In this document: positions 11,801 to 25,068 of the stretch, piece after piece
Numbering within the stretch: the stretch's first letter is position 1
Layout of the letters: each line of letters begins with the position of its first letter
Assembly: GCA_964016885.1 (NCBI GenBank)
Contig: OZ024746.1
Span: forward strand, 80,972,001 to 81,036,000
Source: Eledone cirrhosa
Taxonomy: Eukaryota
DNA length: 64,000 bases
Direction of reading: 5' to 3'
Notes under the pieces: model-generated
The model's database searches: none
What the model saw: the letters and a program-made list of their open reading frames with translations, nothing else
What the model was told of the DNA's origin: nothing
Translations under genes and position numbers: made by a program

Positions 11801-12604
11801 TTTTGCTATTGCTTTTTTTTGTTTGTTTGTTTTTTCAAATTATCATCCGTCATCAGCTCTGCTCAAGAATACTTATGACACCTAATTACTTGATTGATCA
11901 AAGAGCACTCACTCAATCAATCAATCAGCATTTCAATTTTAACCATTCCATCATAATTGTTGCTAGTAGTTCCTAAATTTTCTCAGAATGCTACACACAG
12001 AGAGAGAACATCAAAGATTTTGTGGCTCACCTGCTGATAATTAGCCTTAAAAAGATCTATGAAGCCATTTTATTCCAGAAATGTTATTAGATTACCTACC
12101 GCAAATAAGCAACACAAGTAAAAAGGGAAGTATACATTTAATTTACAAATTTAGATGTTTACAGAAAATTTCCCTCTGTTCAAAGCTGTTTCCTTTTTGT
12201 TCAAGTTGCAGCTTTATTATCAGTGTATATATCTCTAAAGGTGTAAGTGAAACACAATTAAAATGAAGCCTCATACATTAATTGTTTGTTACTAAACTAA
12301 TGAGGCACCTGACTTTGAATTGATTTACAAATTTAATTAAGACATGATGGAATATTTGATAAAGTGACATGTTGGCCAACTTTCACCAATAATAGGCCAT
12401 ACTGTTACTTTGTAAAGATGTTTTTATAAATGGCAACAATGTTAATTCACATAAATATATGGTAGAAAATAGAAAATGGTAGTGTTGTTGCTATCAGCCC
12501 TCCATCACATCTGATAATGAATGTTCTAGTTGGTTGATCTATAGAGTGGCCTGCTCATGAAATGAATGAGTAAGTGACTGAGAATTCCACAAACTCATGA
12601 ACCG

Positions 12605-13255
12605 TTTTTTTTATCAACATGTTTTATTCACAGTTGTATAAAAATATAATATAATTGTTTCTACGTTAGGCACAAGGCCAGCAATTACCCAGTGTATTAC
12701 TGGTACTTTATTTTATCGACCCCGTAAGGATGAAAGGCAAAGTTAACCTCGGCGGGATTTGAACTCAGAATGGCAAGGACCGTAACTCTATGCGCCAAAG
12801 CATGGCATCCGACACTCTACCAATACTGCCAATCCACCGCCTAAAAATATAATATAATGCTTACAGACCGAAAGTACAAACAAATATAATATATACAAAG
12901 GAAAGAGACAAGAAAAAAGAAAGAGGAAAAGAAAGAGAAAAAACACATAAGCGGATAATATACACATCTAGGACCACATACAACGAAAGGCAGGTGAAAG
13001 GGGTGGATAAAGGAGCTGCTACCAGAGCAAAAGATAACAATATCATGAGGAGCACTGGGAAACCTCCCTAATAATTTTTGAGGCAAGCCAGCACACTCAC
13101 AGCATTACCTTGGGTGATATCAAGGCTGATGCACTGGAACAACCAAGTGCCCTCACAAGCATCACCAGTTACCTCTGCAATGTTTTAGATGCTTGTTATT
13201 TTTGAGCAGCATGAGATTCTATATCACATGACATTTGTTAGATATACTGATGTAT
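12605..13255 (-). mobile_element. 3' fragment of a CRE-like (RLE-type) non-LTR retrotransposon, interrupted by a SINE
   Basis: Minus strand 13181-13068 reads IAEVTGDACEGTWLFQCISLDITQGNAVSVLACLKNY*, resembling the TGD..E..WLFQRISxAIQRGNA C-terminus of CRE-type elements; the 3' UTR ends AATAAA..A8 at ~12628-12605. Confidence 0.6.
12656..12841 (-). mobile_element. Full-length SINE family 1 with ~17-bp TSD
   Basis: A and B boxes on the minus strand; taaaaatataatataat duplicated at ~12639-12655 and 12842-12858. Confidence 0.88.
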
Positions 13256-13372
13256 TGAGTTCAAATCCCGCCGAGGTTAACTTTGCCTTTCATCCTTACG
13301 GGGTCGATAAAATAAAGTACCAGTAATGTACTGGGTAATTGCTGGCCTTGTGCCAAAAGTAGAAACAATTAT
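13256..13372 (+). mobile_element. SINE family 1, 5'-truncated
   Basis: gagttcaaatcccgccgaggttaactttgcctttcatccttacggggtcgataaaataaagtaccag..agaaacaattatt. Confidence 0.85.
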
Positions 13373-13408
13373 TTAGACAATGGAACTTTCATTATCTCTT
13401 CCATCAGT

Positions 13409-13590
13409 GGTGGATTGGCAGTATCGGTAGAGGGTCGGACGCCATGCTTTCCAGCATAGTTACGTCCCTTTACGATCTGAGTTCAAATCCCGCCGAGGTT
13501 GACTTTGCCTTTCATCCTTACAGGGCCGATAAAATAAAGTACCAGTAATGCACTGGGTAATTGCTGGCCTTGTGCCTAAAGTAGAAACAA
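13409..13590 (+). mobile_element. Full-length SINE family 1 with 18-bp TSD
   Basis: A box tggcagtatcgg, B box gagttcaaatcc; attatctcttccatcagt at 13391-13408 is repeated at 13590-13607. Confidence 0.9.
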
Positions 13591-13659
13591 TTATCTCTTC
13601 CATCAGTTCATGATTTAGCATCATTGATGCCATTCGTTACTGAAAGAATTAAGATTTTG

Positions 13660-13962
13660 GTGAGGTTGTGAGTTCAATTCTTGGACCGGACTTTGCATTG
13701 TGTTCTTGATCAAAACACTTTATTTCACATTGCTCAGTTAACTCAGCTGTAGTAATAAGTTGCGACATCACTGGTGCTAAGCTGTAACAGCCTTAGCCTT
13801 TCCCTTGGACAACATCAGTGGTGTAGAGAGGGGAGACCTGTATGCATGGGAGGCAGCTGGTCTTCCACAAACAACGTTGCCCGGACTTGTGCCTCAGTAG
13901 GGAACTTTCTAGGTGCAAAACCGATGGTCATTTGTGACCGAAGGTTTTTTTTACCTTTACCT
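13660..13962 (+). mobile_element. CORE-type SINE family 2 with (TTTACC)n tail
   Basis: B box gagttcaattc, core gtgttcttgatcaaaacactttatttcacattgct, tail ending ttttacctttacct. Confidence 0.65.
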
Positions 13963-13964
13963 GA

Positions 13965-15070
<1,106 letters not shown>

Positions 15071-15639
15071 GAATATATTCATGTATTTATTTCTGCTTCC
15101 ATTTTCCAATCTGACTAGAAACACTCATGTAAAAATCTGTTTTTGTTTTTCATTTAATCTTTTATACCTTGCCTGATATATTTTCAATGTATGTTCATTT
15201 TATTAGTTAATGATATGTATATCCCATCCTTATTTATTTTATTTTATTTTATTTTATATTGTCCTCCTTTATTTAAACCTTTACAGCTGACTACACTTAT
15301 TAACCTTAATCTTTGTTTCATAGTGTTAAGAGGGAGGTTCCCAGTTTTGTTACATAGCTTCTAAAACGTACAATAAGTGAATGAAGCTTCACTATACAAA
15401 TGCTTTATTAGAGCTGTCTATTACTGATTTTATGCTTTTATCGATTTCAGTAAGGCCGGGTTATTCATAAGGCTGACTTTGTTGAAATCTAGTGGTCCCA
15501 CAAGGAGTAGGGTTGAAGGCTTCAATGTTTTTTGCTGTAATGGGGTGAAAGATTGAAGTGCCAGAGAGGACCTGAAATACATGAAATTCTAGGGACCTGG
15601 ATAGGGGTTAATATGGCACAAGTTTGAGTCATTTGACGA

Positions 15640-15945
15640 TGGCCATTCTCTCTTACATACTATAATTCTGTTTATTCCCAGTCTCTCTCTCAGGGCATGC
15701 TCACTTCATTTCCTTCTAGTTTTCATAAATCCCCTACAGCTAAAGCCTATGTTTTGCTACCATGCAGCATTGCCTGTCATTCACAAGAATCATACAATCT
15801 GCACTTCACTCTAAGAGAGAAGTCCTTTGTTGCCATCAGAATTGATAGCTTCCTGAATATTTTCCAATCTGTTTTTAGTCTAGCTTTTGGAAAAGATGCC
15901 ACACACTAATTAGAGCACCTAGGTAACAAAAGCTCTGAACATTTC
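15640..15945 (-). pseudogene. Decayed RTE ORF fragment
   Basis: Minus strand gives FCYLG..WKIFRKL..FSLRVKCRLYDS..AMLHGSKT with stops, homologous to the intact RTE at ~950-1250. Confidence 0.7.
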
Positions 15946-16161
15946 TTATGTGCTCTTAGTCCTTACTACTGTGTTTCTTCCACATGTAGCCTACATTCTT
16001 TGTTAACATGCCTATGATCCTACTACATCGGTTGGGCATCCATAATGTATATAATATATATATAAACACAAGAAAATACTTGCCCTAGGCTCCTTGAATC
16101 AGAACGGTGTATTGTTGAAGCAAACATCTTAATCACACATTTATACTGGTGCCTATATCTA

Positions 16162-16580
16162 TTAGGTTGGACAGAAAGTTCTCACTGTTTTTAAAATATT
16201 TATTAACTAGGCTTTTTTTTAACATTAGGAAAATTTTACAAGTCAAAATAATTGCCATCATATGTGATTACCGTCTGCCATCATTTAGGAAGACACATGA
16301 TTCCTTCCCTGTAGAATTCTTCTGACTTTTATACAAAGAATTCCATCAGCCACTGATTTAACTGGGATTCATTGAAGAAGGTCTTTGACTGCATTGCATT
16401 GCTCATTGAGAGAAAAAGGTGATAGTCTGTAGGCATGAGGGTGGAGCAGAACCTCCCAACTTAGCTCCAGCAGCTTCTCACTTCTTATATATGTGAACAT
16501 ACGCAACCTTCAACATTTCCAGAAAACTCTACCAAAATACATCCTTTTGAGAAATGGAAGGAACTTTCTGTCCAACCCAA
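16162..16580 (-). mobile_element. Internally deleted mariner (Tc1/mariner) element with TA TSD
   Basis: TIRs ttaggttggacagaaagttc / gaactttctgtccaacccaa flanked by TA; minus strand encodes PTDYHLFLSMSNAMQSKTFFNESQLNQWLMEFFV*KSEEFYREGIMCLPK*WQTVITYDGNYFDL*, a mariner transposase C-terminus. Confidence 0.88.
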
Positions 16581-17113
16581 TATATACCTAATTTTTTATG
16601 ACAAAAGAAATCTAGAAACTAAAAAGTTCTTACTTTAAATCACAGGACTGTGCTGGCTGTCATGGCTCTTCTACAATATACATACATCAGTGAACATAAT
16701 GATAATTAAATGATAAACCTCAGATTTTGCTTTTGTTCATGAATTGTTTTGTCTTGTTAGGTTGCAGATTGTTTTTATCCCACAATGAGAATGTTTACAG
16801 ATGATAGATAATTAGTTCTGCTGTTATTTGCACATATTTTTAGAGTAAATTTTGATAATTGGATGCCTTATATATCAGACACTCAATTATAGAGTGAGAT
16901 TGGTATATATATTTTTTGTTATATGGAGAAAGAAAAATAGCATAATGAGACTTAGTTAAGGTGTAGGTCATTGTTAACTGGATCGTTTGAACTTGTCACC
17001 TTTACATCAGATCTTGGAAATTTTATCTTGTGTGACTTTTTGTGAAACACACTGAAGGTGCCAACGAAACAAACATAAAGTAGAAATAGTTCAAAGGTGA
17101 GACAGCATTTAAT

Positions 17114-17356
17114 TTAACCCTTTTGATAGCAACACCCTGAAACTGTCAACGTTTGTTTTAAAGTGTTCATGTTTAAATTTAAACATTCCATTATATTTTA
17201 ACAGAACCTTTTTCAAATTATGCTCCAAACATCAACTTAATAGTAGTGAGAAATTTAATTATATTACTAAACCTCTCCAAATCTTATATTATTTAAAAGA
17301 TTATTTGAAAATTATAGGCAGTAACTTTCATTAAAAATATAGTAATAAAACGTTAA
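17114..17356 (+). mobile_element. piggyBac-like MITE family B (TTAA-CCCTTTTGA ends); related pieces at ~4030-4115, ~20170-20193, ~20979-21577, ~25770-25876, ~57332-57760
   Basis: ttaacccttttgata.caac..cctgaaac left end and atat.gtaa..aaa..gttaa right end recur across the window. Confidence 0.55.
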
Positions 17357-18715
17357 CCTCTCACAGTTCATGCTAGCTCTCTTTTGTTAAACCTTTAATG
17401 ACCATATTCCAAATGAAATACACCGTATTTGAATTAATTGGGTGGAATTTGCCCAAATTATTTATTGTTTCATTATTAAGATGGTATTTGCAATATAACT
17501 TAACAAAACATTTTTAGATTATATTGGGCGATTTTAAATTGAAAATGAATGGTTTTGTTTTATAGGTTGGTATGAAAAAGGTTTAAAAAATTTATCTGAC
17601 AAATGGCATTATTACATCTATTACTCTCTAAATGTTGTGAAGCACAAAATACAGAAGTGACACTCCAACGACAGGATTACTAAAACAATAATATTTCAAC
17701 ACACGAGGCTAAAATGGCTTCTTCTCTTCTTTTCTTGAGTCATCCTTCCATGCTTGGAAGCTTGGATGTGTGTATGCATGCATGTGTATGTATGTATGTA
17801 TTGTGTATGTATGTGTATTTATTTAAGTATGTATGTGTGTGTATCTATGTATGTATGTGTATTTATGTATGTATTTATGTATGTATGTGTATGTATGTAT
17901 GCATGTGTTTTTTACTGATGTATATTAGTGAAGAATATAAACAAACTCTCTTGTTATTCACTCTATCATACACACAGTAAGCCAGTGATAGGTCTGTTGA
18001 AAATCTGTAACCAAAGATGCCATTGTTCACAAAATGTACTATAAAATAAATAAATATGATCCAATAGTTGCTGTTTAAACTCTTAACGGTTTTATACTCT
18101 GTTCTAAACTGCGCAACACTGATGGGAATGTGCTGGAAAATATTGTTCACTTGTCTTCCATTCAACCATTGCAAAGTAGATGGCTGCTTTTTAAAAGAAC
18201 ATTATATAGAGTTCAGATATTTCTCTCTCGTTTGCATTATAAACTGAGACACATACATACATACATATATAGATATCCACATAGTTTATACATACATTAC
18301 ATACATACATAGCTCATACATACATGCAAGCATATATAGATATCCACATAGTTTATACATACATTACATACATACATAGCTCATACGTACATGCAAGCAT
18401 ATATACATATCCACATAGTTTATACATACATTACATACATACATAGCTCATACATACATGCAAGCATATATACATATCCACATAGCTCATATATACGTAC
18501 ATATATACATACACATGACACATACACCAACACACACATATTGTTAAATTGTTTTTTAGAAATAAACTTGCCATGGTAGGGGTGCAATAATGAGTGGGTG
18601 TGTGTTTGAGTGTACCTATGTTTGTGTGTGTTTGAGTGTACTTATGTTTGTGTATGATGACCGTGAATGTATGTACGGGTTTGTGCATGTGTGTATATGT
18701 GGCGTGTATGTTTGT

Positions 18716-20157
18716 GTGTGATGTCTGAGAGTACATTGGTGTGTTGGTGTTCGTGTTATGTCTGAGAGTACATTGGTGTGTTGGTGTTCGTGTGATGTCT
18801 GTAAGTACATTGGTGTGTTGGTGTTCGTGTGATGTCTGAGTATACATTGGTGTGTTGGTGTTCGTGTGATGTCTGTGAGTACATTGGTGTGTTGGTGTTC
18901 GTGTGATGTCTGAGAGTACATTGGTGTGTTGGTGTTCGTGTGATGTCTGAGAGTGCATTGGTGTGTTGGTGTTCGTGTGATGTCTGAGAGTACATTGGTG
19001 TGTTGGTGTTCGTGTGATGTCTGAGAGTACATTGGTGTGTTGGTGTTCGTGTGATGTCTGAGAGTGCATTGGTGTGTTGGTGTTCGTGTGATGTCTGAGA
19101 GTACATTGGTGTGTTGGTGTTCGTGTGATGTCTGAGAGTGCATTGGTGTGTTGGTGTTCGTGTGATGTCTGAGAGTACATTGGTGTGTTGGTGTTCGTGT
19201 GATGTCTGTAAGTACATTGGTGTGTTGGTGTTCGTGTGATGTCTGAGAGTACATTGGTGTGTTGGTGTTCGTGTGATGTCTGAGAGTACATTGGTGTGTT
19301 GGTGTTCGTGTGATGTCTGAGAGTACATTGGTGTGTTGGTGTTCGTGTGATGTCTGAGTATGCATTGGTGTGTTGGTGTTCGTGTGATGTCTGAGTATGC
19401 ATTGGTGTGTTCGTGTGATGTCTGTGAGTACATTGGTGTGTTGGTGTCCGTGTGATGTCTGAGTATGCATTCACGTATTGGTGTTTGTGTGATGTCTGAG
19501 TATGCATTGGTGTGTTGGTGTTCGTGTTATGTCTGAGTATGCATTGGTGTGTTAGTTGTTCGTGTGATGTCTGAGTATGTATTGGTGTGTTGGTGTTCGT
19601 GTGATGTCTGTAAGTACATTGGTGTGTTGGTGTTCGTGTGATGTCTGAGTATGCATTGGTGTGTTGGTGTTCGTGTGATGTCTGAGTATGTATTGGTGTG
19701 TTGGTGTTCGTGTGATGTCTGTGAGTACATTGGTGTGTTGGTGTTCGTGTGATGTCTGGGTATGCATTGGTGTGTTGGTGTTCGTGTGATGTCTGAGTAT
19801 GTATTGGTGTGTTGGTGTTCGTGTGATGTCTGTGAGTACATTGGTGTGTTGGTGTTCGTGTGATGTCTGTAAGTACATTGGTGTGTTGGTGTCCGTGTGA
19901 TGTCTGAGTATGCATTGGTGTGTTGGTGTTCGTGTGATGTCTGAGTATGCATTGGTGTGTTGGTGTTCGTGTGATGTCTGAGTATGTATTGGTGTGTTGG
20001 TGTTCGTGTGATGTCTGAGTATACATTGGTGTGTTGGTGTTCGTGTGATGTCTGAGAGTACATTGGTGTGTTGGTGTTCGTGTGATGTCTGAGAGTACAT
20101 TGGTGTGTTGGTGTTCGTGTGATGTCTGAGAGTACATTGGTGTGTTGGTGTTCGTGT
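18716..20157. repeat. 37-bp minisatellite (~39 copies), GTGTGATGTCTGAGAGTACATTGGTGTGTTGGTGTTC
   Basis: Regular tandem units with variation concentrated in a central ~7-nt patch. Confidence 0.95.
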
Positions 20158-20384
20158 GTACATGCATTGATAGTTTGGTGTCAAAAGAGTTAAATGGAAT
20201 TGGATATGATTGATGAGGCTAAGATAGGAATGATTGTCATTACTGCATTGATCGAAGATATGGCTTGTCTTTAAGTTTTTTAACCCCTTCATTTACATAT
20301 TCCTAATTAATATTGAATTAATTAGTGAAGAATATGAAGAAATGTACTAGAATTATTAATTATTTCATTTTTAAGATGATATTT

Positions 20385-21465
20385 AGGGTGGTGGGTTGGT
20401 AGTATTGGTAGAGAAAGGGACAATATGCTGTGCATTGATCTGAGTTCAAATACCGCCGAGGTTAGCTTTGCTTTTCATCCTCATGGGGTTGATAAAGTAC
20501 CAGTAATGCACTGGAGTCAATTTAATCAACTTTACCCTTTCCTCAAAATTGTTGGCCTTGTGCCTAATTCTTTAATAATTACTAAGATGATATTTGAAAT
20601 ATAACTTCATAAAAGGTTCTTTTATCAAATTATCCTGGAGAACTTTAATAAAATAAGATCCCTTTAAAATTGGTAACTTTGTTTTTTAGTGATATCAATA
20701 ACTACATTACCCAATTTTCTTCTTTAAGATGACCTTTTTTTTTAAATTTGAGGGAATCACTTGGATGCATCCTTTGTTGACTTGTGTATCTGGTAGTTTG
20801 TTTCTTCAAGTGATATTGAAATATATCAAAGATGGTGCATGCAAAATCTGTTCAATTTTTGCTCCTTGGTAGACACAGTATTCCCAATGTAAATTATAAA
20901 CAGCATCAAAAGAGCTATTGATGTTAGATCATCAAATACACAAACTGGTCTACAACTTCCAGTTTCCAATCATCAAAGTTAACTCTTTTGATGCCAAACC
21001 ACTTGAAACTTTGTTTGGTTTTGTTTGATTTAAAGGGTTCATGTTTAAATTTAAACCTTCCATCATAATTTTATGTAAGAAACCTTTCTAAAGTTATGTT
21101 CTAATGATGAATTTGATAATGGCTTCTGATTTAGGCATAAGGCCAACAATTTTAGGGGAATGGAAAATCGATTAAATCGAACTCAGTGCATTACTGGTAC
21201 TTTATTTTATCTACCCAATAAGGATGAAAGGCACGCTAACCGAGGCAGGATATGAACGTAAAGGGCCATAACTATGTCCAATGCTCTACCGATACTGCTA
21301 AATAATGGCTTCTGATTTAGGCATGAAGCCAACAATTTTGGGAGAATGAAAAAGTCGATTTAATTGACCCCGGTGTTTCTACTGCTTTATTTTATCTACC
21401 CCGTAAGGACGAAAAGTAATGTTAACCTCAGCAGGATTTAAACTCAGAGCATAAAGGGACATAAA
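20385..21465. mobile_element. SINE family 1 copies: 20385-20575 (+), 21118-21300 (-), 21301-21465 (-)
   Basis: Family 1 consensus blocks; the two minus copies are tandem and sit inside a MITE-B-like element. Confidence 0.75.
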
Positions 21466-21962
21466 ATGATGAATTCAATAATGAGAAGGTTATTTTACTA
21501 AATCCTTCCAAATTCTTGATTATTTTGAAAATCATATGCAGTGTCTTTCACTATAAATATGGTAACGAAAGTGGTAATGGCTGGCTCCGTATTTCTTACA
21601 CCAAATATTACTGATCTTACAATGTATGTTACTTAATTTTTTTTTTCTTTCTTCATACATAAATCAATATTTCAGTCATGAGATTTAAATGAAGTGTTTT
21701 GACTTCTAAGTTAAATGGCAATTTGCATTCAGATTTGCTATATAATTTAGATAAATTCTGGAATCTGTGATAACAAATTCAGGTCTTGATATTTTGAAAA
21801 GAGGAGATTTATTGAATAGTTTGGGATGAGTTTATGAAATGGTCGTTTAATGAAAAAGAAACGATACGTGTTGACAATAACTTAGATGTATATATGTCTG
21901 ACAAGTATGTAAATAAATAATAGAGTGGGTTCTTGGGAAAATGTAGAATTTTCCATCATCTT

Positions 21963-22028
<66 letters not shown>

Positions 22029-22212
22029 CAAAGAACAAAACAAAAACAAGGAGTGCAATATATATATATATACATTATATATATATATATATATACACAT
22101 ATATATATATATCATTATAATCATCATCATCATGTACACACACACACACACAGATATATATATATATATATGGATAAGATGTTACTTTAAGGAAAGGGAT
22201 GTGGTGTAGATA

Positions 22213-22402
22213 TGGTGGATTGGCAGTATCGGTAGAGGGTTGGACGCCATGCTTTGATGCATAGAGTTACGGCCCTTGCCATTCTGAGTTCAAATCCCGC
22301 CAAGGTTAACTTTGCCTTTCATCCTTACGGGGTCGATAAAATAAAGTACCAGTAATACACTGGGTATTTGCTGGCCTTGTGCGAAAAGTAGAAACAATTA
22401 TT
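22213..22402 (+). mobile_element. Full-length SINE family 1
   Basis: ggtggattggcagtatcggtagag..gagttcaaatcccgcc..gcctttcatccttacggggtcgataaaataaagtaccag..agaaacaattatt. Confidence 0.9.
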
Positions 22403-22513
22403 ATAAAACATGAACTGGTTCATTTCCATCAGCACAGGTTGATCAAGTTGCCCCTCCAGACTAATGAAACATATGTAGCAGGTACGGTGTCATTGTTGTA
22501 ACTGCCCTTAATA

Positions 22514-22544
<31 letters not shown>

Positions 22545-22861
22545 CTTGGGGAGGGTCATATTTGTGTAATATTGCCAGAATTAATAACAGAACACGCTCA
22601 CTGTTTGGTTGGTTTTCGCTTTTCGCTTCTGTGTCTTTTATATCGGTAATCTAATTTATTCGGTCCTCACTGTTGCCATTGACTGACCAACGGTCAAAAA
22701 TACAGATACAATATAGACACAAACACATATATATAGTTTATCGACACACGATTTCATATCAAAAACCTCGCAAAACTAATATATATATATAGAGAGAGAG
22801 AGATAGATAGATAGATAGATATCATTGTTTTTATGTACACTTTATGTGTATGCATATACAA

Positions 22862-23015
22862 TGGGCTTTCACACAGTTTCTTGCCAGTAAATACCACTCA
22901 CACAACATTAGTCAACCGGAGCTGATGGAATAAGACACCTGCCCAAAGTGCCATGCATTGAGATTAAACTAAGAACCACATGGTTGTGAAATGAATATCT
23001 TTACTACACATCCAT
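22862..23015 (-). mobile_element. Older tRNA-derived SINE family 3; other copies ~25088-25240 (-), ~61753-61958 (+), fragments ~16070-16155 and ~31860-31980
   Basis: Shared aagacac.tgcccaa.gtgcca..cagtgg.a.t.aacc...accatgtggttgggaag pattern. Confidence 0.6.
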
Positions 23016-23207
23016 ATCTACACTCCTATCTCTATATATTCATTGAATATATATTCTTACCTTAACTGTGAAAAACCTGAATACACTTAATACAGTTAGT
23101 GTTTTATCGACTGATAAAAGATTTATTCCTGTATAAGAAATAGTTTCCTTTTCTTGTAATAAATCTAAACAGCTTTCACATTACATTTTCTTTTCTCTCT
23201 TCCACAG

Positions 23208-23232
23208 AATTAATTTCATGGTTCTGCTTTTG
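23208..23232 (+). other. Candidate 25-nt micro-exon of an unidentified host gene
   Basis: Polypyrimidine tract ttttcttttctctcttccaCAG immediately upstream and a GTGAGT donor immediately downstream. Confidence 0.4.
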
Positions 23233-23584
23233 GTGAGTCTAAATATTTATTTCTTCTGAAGTTACAATTTTTGCATAATGTTACTCTAAGATATTTGCTC
23301 CAGCATTTTTTATTTTTATTTTTTTCATGGTTAAAGATAAAATATCTATTGAATTTACTATGAATGTCCTTGAGTTTGACTTCCTGTGAGGAAGTTCCTA
23401 ATTAAAATACCTGCCATGGTCACACACTATATAGAAGATAGACCTTTATCAGATCTGATAATGAGTGTTCCAGTTGTTCAAACATTGGTACAGCCCACTC
23501 ATGAAATTTACAGGAAAGTAGTTGAGCATTGCATAGGTCTGTGCATCCTTAATGTATTTCTCAGAGAGATTACACATGAAAAGA

Positions 23585-23749
23585 TTGACCCGTTCAATTA
23601 CAGGTGAAATTCATTTTTGCCGGCTTATTGAACGGGAGTTGTGTGAAATAAAGTGTCAAGCTCAAGGACATAACACACTGACAGGAATCGAACTCACAAC
23701 TTTACAATCATGAACCAAACACTCTAACCCCTAAGCCATGCATCTTCAC
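23585..23749 (-). mobile_element. CORE-type SINE family 2
   Basis: Minus strand: tgaagatgcatggcttaggggttagagtg..gagttcgattcc..gtccttgagcttgacactttatttcacac. Confidence 0.65.
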
Positions 23750-24422
23750 ATTATATATAAATAATTCCAGTTGCGTATGCTAATGAAAACATTAGTGACT
23801 AGCTCAGAATTTCTTGTTAAGTTTACATTAAATTTTACCTAATTATTTTTCCTTTCTCCATACTGAAGTATTTTTTACTCTTAAACAAGAAAATTAGTAA
23901 CTTCCTTTTGATTGTTTACCCATCATGCCATCTTGACTATTACTAAATTTAGCATACTACCAAAATAACTTTCCTGACTACTTCCTTGCTAAAGCTTAAT
24001 GAATCAGTTACTGATAAACAAACAAAAATATAAAGGGGGCAAAGAGAAAGTTCTTCTTTATTGCAAGGCAGTAAATTGGCAGAGTTGTTAGCATACATGT
24101 GTGAACTTATAACTCAGCATTGAATTGTAGGGGGCACTGTTATGATGTATGAAAGTATGTCTTAAGCACTTTCAACTTGGTGATGCCCATCCCTTTTTTC
24201 AGGTATGAACACAACTGATTTCTTCTTGTAAAGGAGGGAGAGAGTGAGAGATAGGAAGTTGAAAAGAGATATAGAGGACAAATCTACTGTGGTACTAGAC
24301 ATTTTTTTTATTTCAATCTTGAAAGGATATAATGTAAAATTGAACTCAGTAGGATTTGAACTCAGAGGGTGCAGAGAGTTGGAACAAATGCCACAAATCA
24401 TTCTATCTCATGTTCTAATGAT

Positions 24423-24500
24423 GATGGCTGAGCTCCTGCCGTTTCAACAGCTAGGTTCGGATCTAGGTGTTGAAACAGCAGGAGCTCAGCCATCTGGGTC
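24423..24500. mobile_element. Short palindromic element (~32-bp arms); related copies at ~31281-31302 and ~46960-47045
   Basis: gatggctgagctcctgccgtttcaacagctag / ctaggtgttgaaacagcaggagctcagccatc. Confidence 0.65.
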
Positions 24501-24702
24501 CCAAATTTTATTATCTCAAAATTATTTTTGAAAAGCATTTAGAAATGCGCAGCCGGTAAAAACTTAAAAACTTAAAACCACAACTGAATACTAACCCATA
24601 CAATCACTAATACTCTTTTATTCCTAATTAAACCATTTTTCAACTGTGAACAATTTGTCAGCATTTTCTATTCCGTTTACCAATATATATATATATATAT
24701 AT

Positions 24703-25068
24703 CATCATCATCATCATCATCAACGTTTAACGTCCGTGTTCCACGCTTGCATGGGTTTGGACGGGGGTAGTCCCACTTGAGGCAAGAGTGATTTTCTTGC
24801 TCGCATAGGACTGTCTGGCAGGTTTTCTACAGCTGGATGCCCTTCCTAACACCAACCACATTTACAGTGTGGGTCTGGGAGGTTTTTACCGTGTTGCCTA
24901 CACGGCCACATTACAGCGTGGACTGTGTGTTTTTTTGTCGTGACACCTACACGATCTCATTTGTTTCGGCCTGGATGGCGCGGCACCAACATAACTTTAC
25001 ATAGAACGGGGTGGTGTGGATGGGGTGGGGGTGGTGGTGGGGTGTATTTTGTTAGAGATGCCTACTGA
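24703..25068 (-). mobile_element. RTE subfamily 2, 3' UTR-only insertion in (TA)n
   Basis: Closely similar to 10494-10832; (CAT)n tail; TA runs on both sides. Confidence 0.85.

Noticed and set aside
18431-20292. Long ORFs up to 578 aa, and a CRISPR-like look of the 37-bp repeat
   Set aside because: The ORFs are translations of a stop-free minisatellite. Units are contiguous with no unique spacers and there are no cas genes; the context is eukaryotic.
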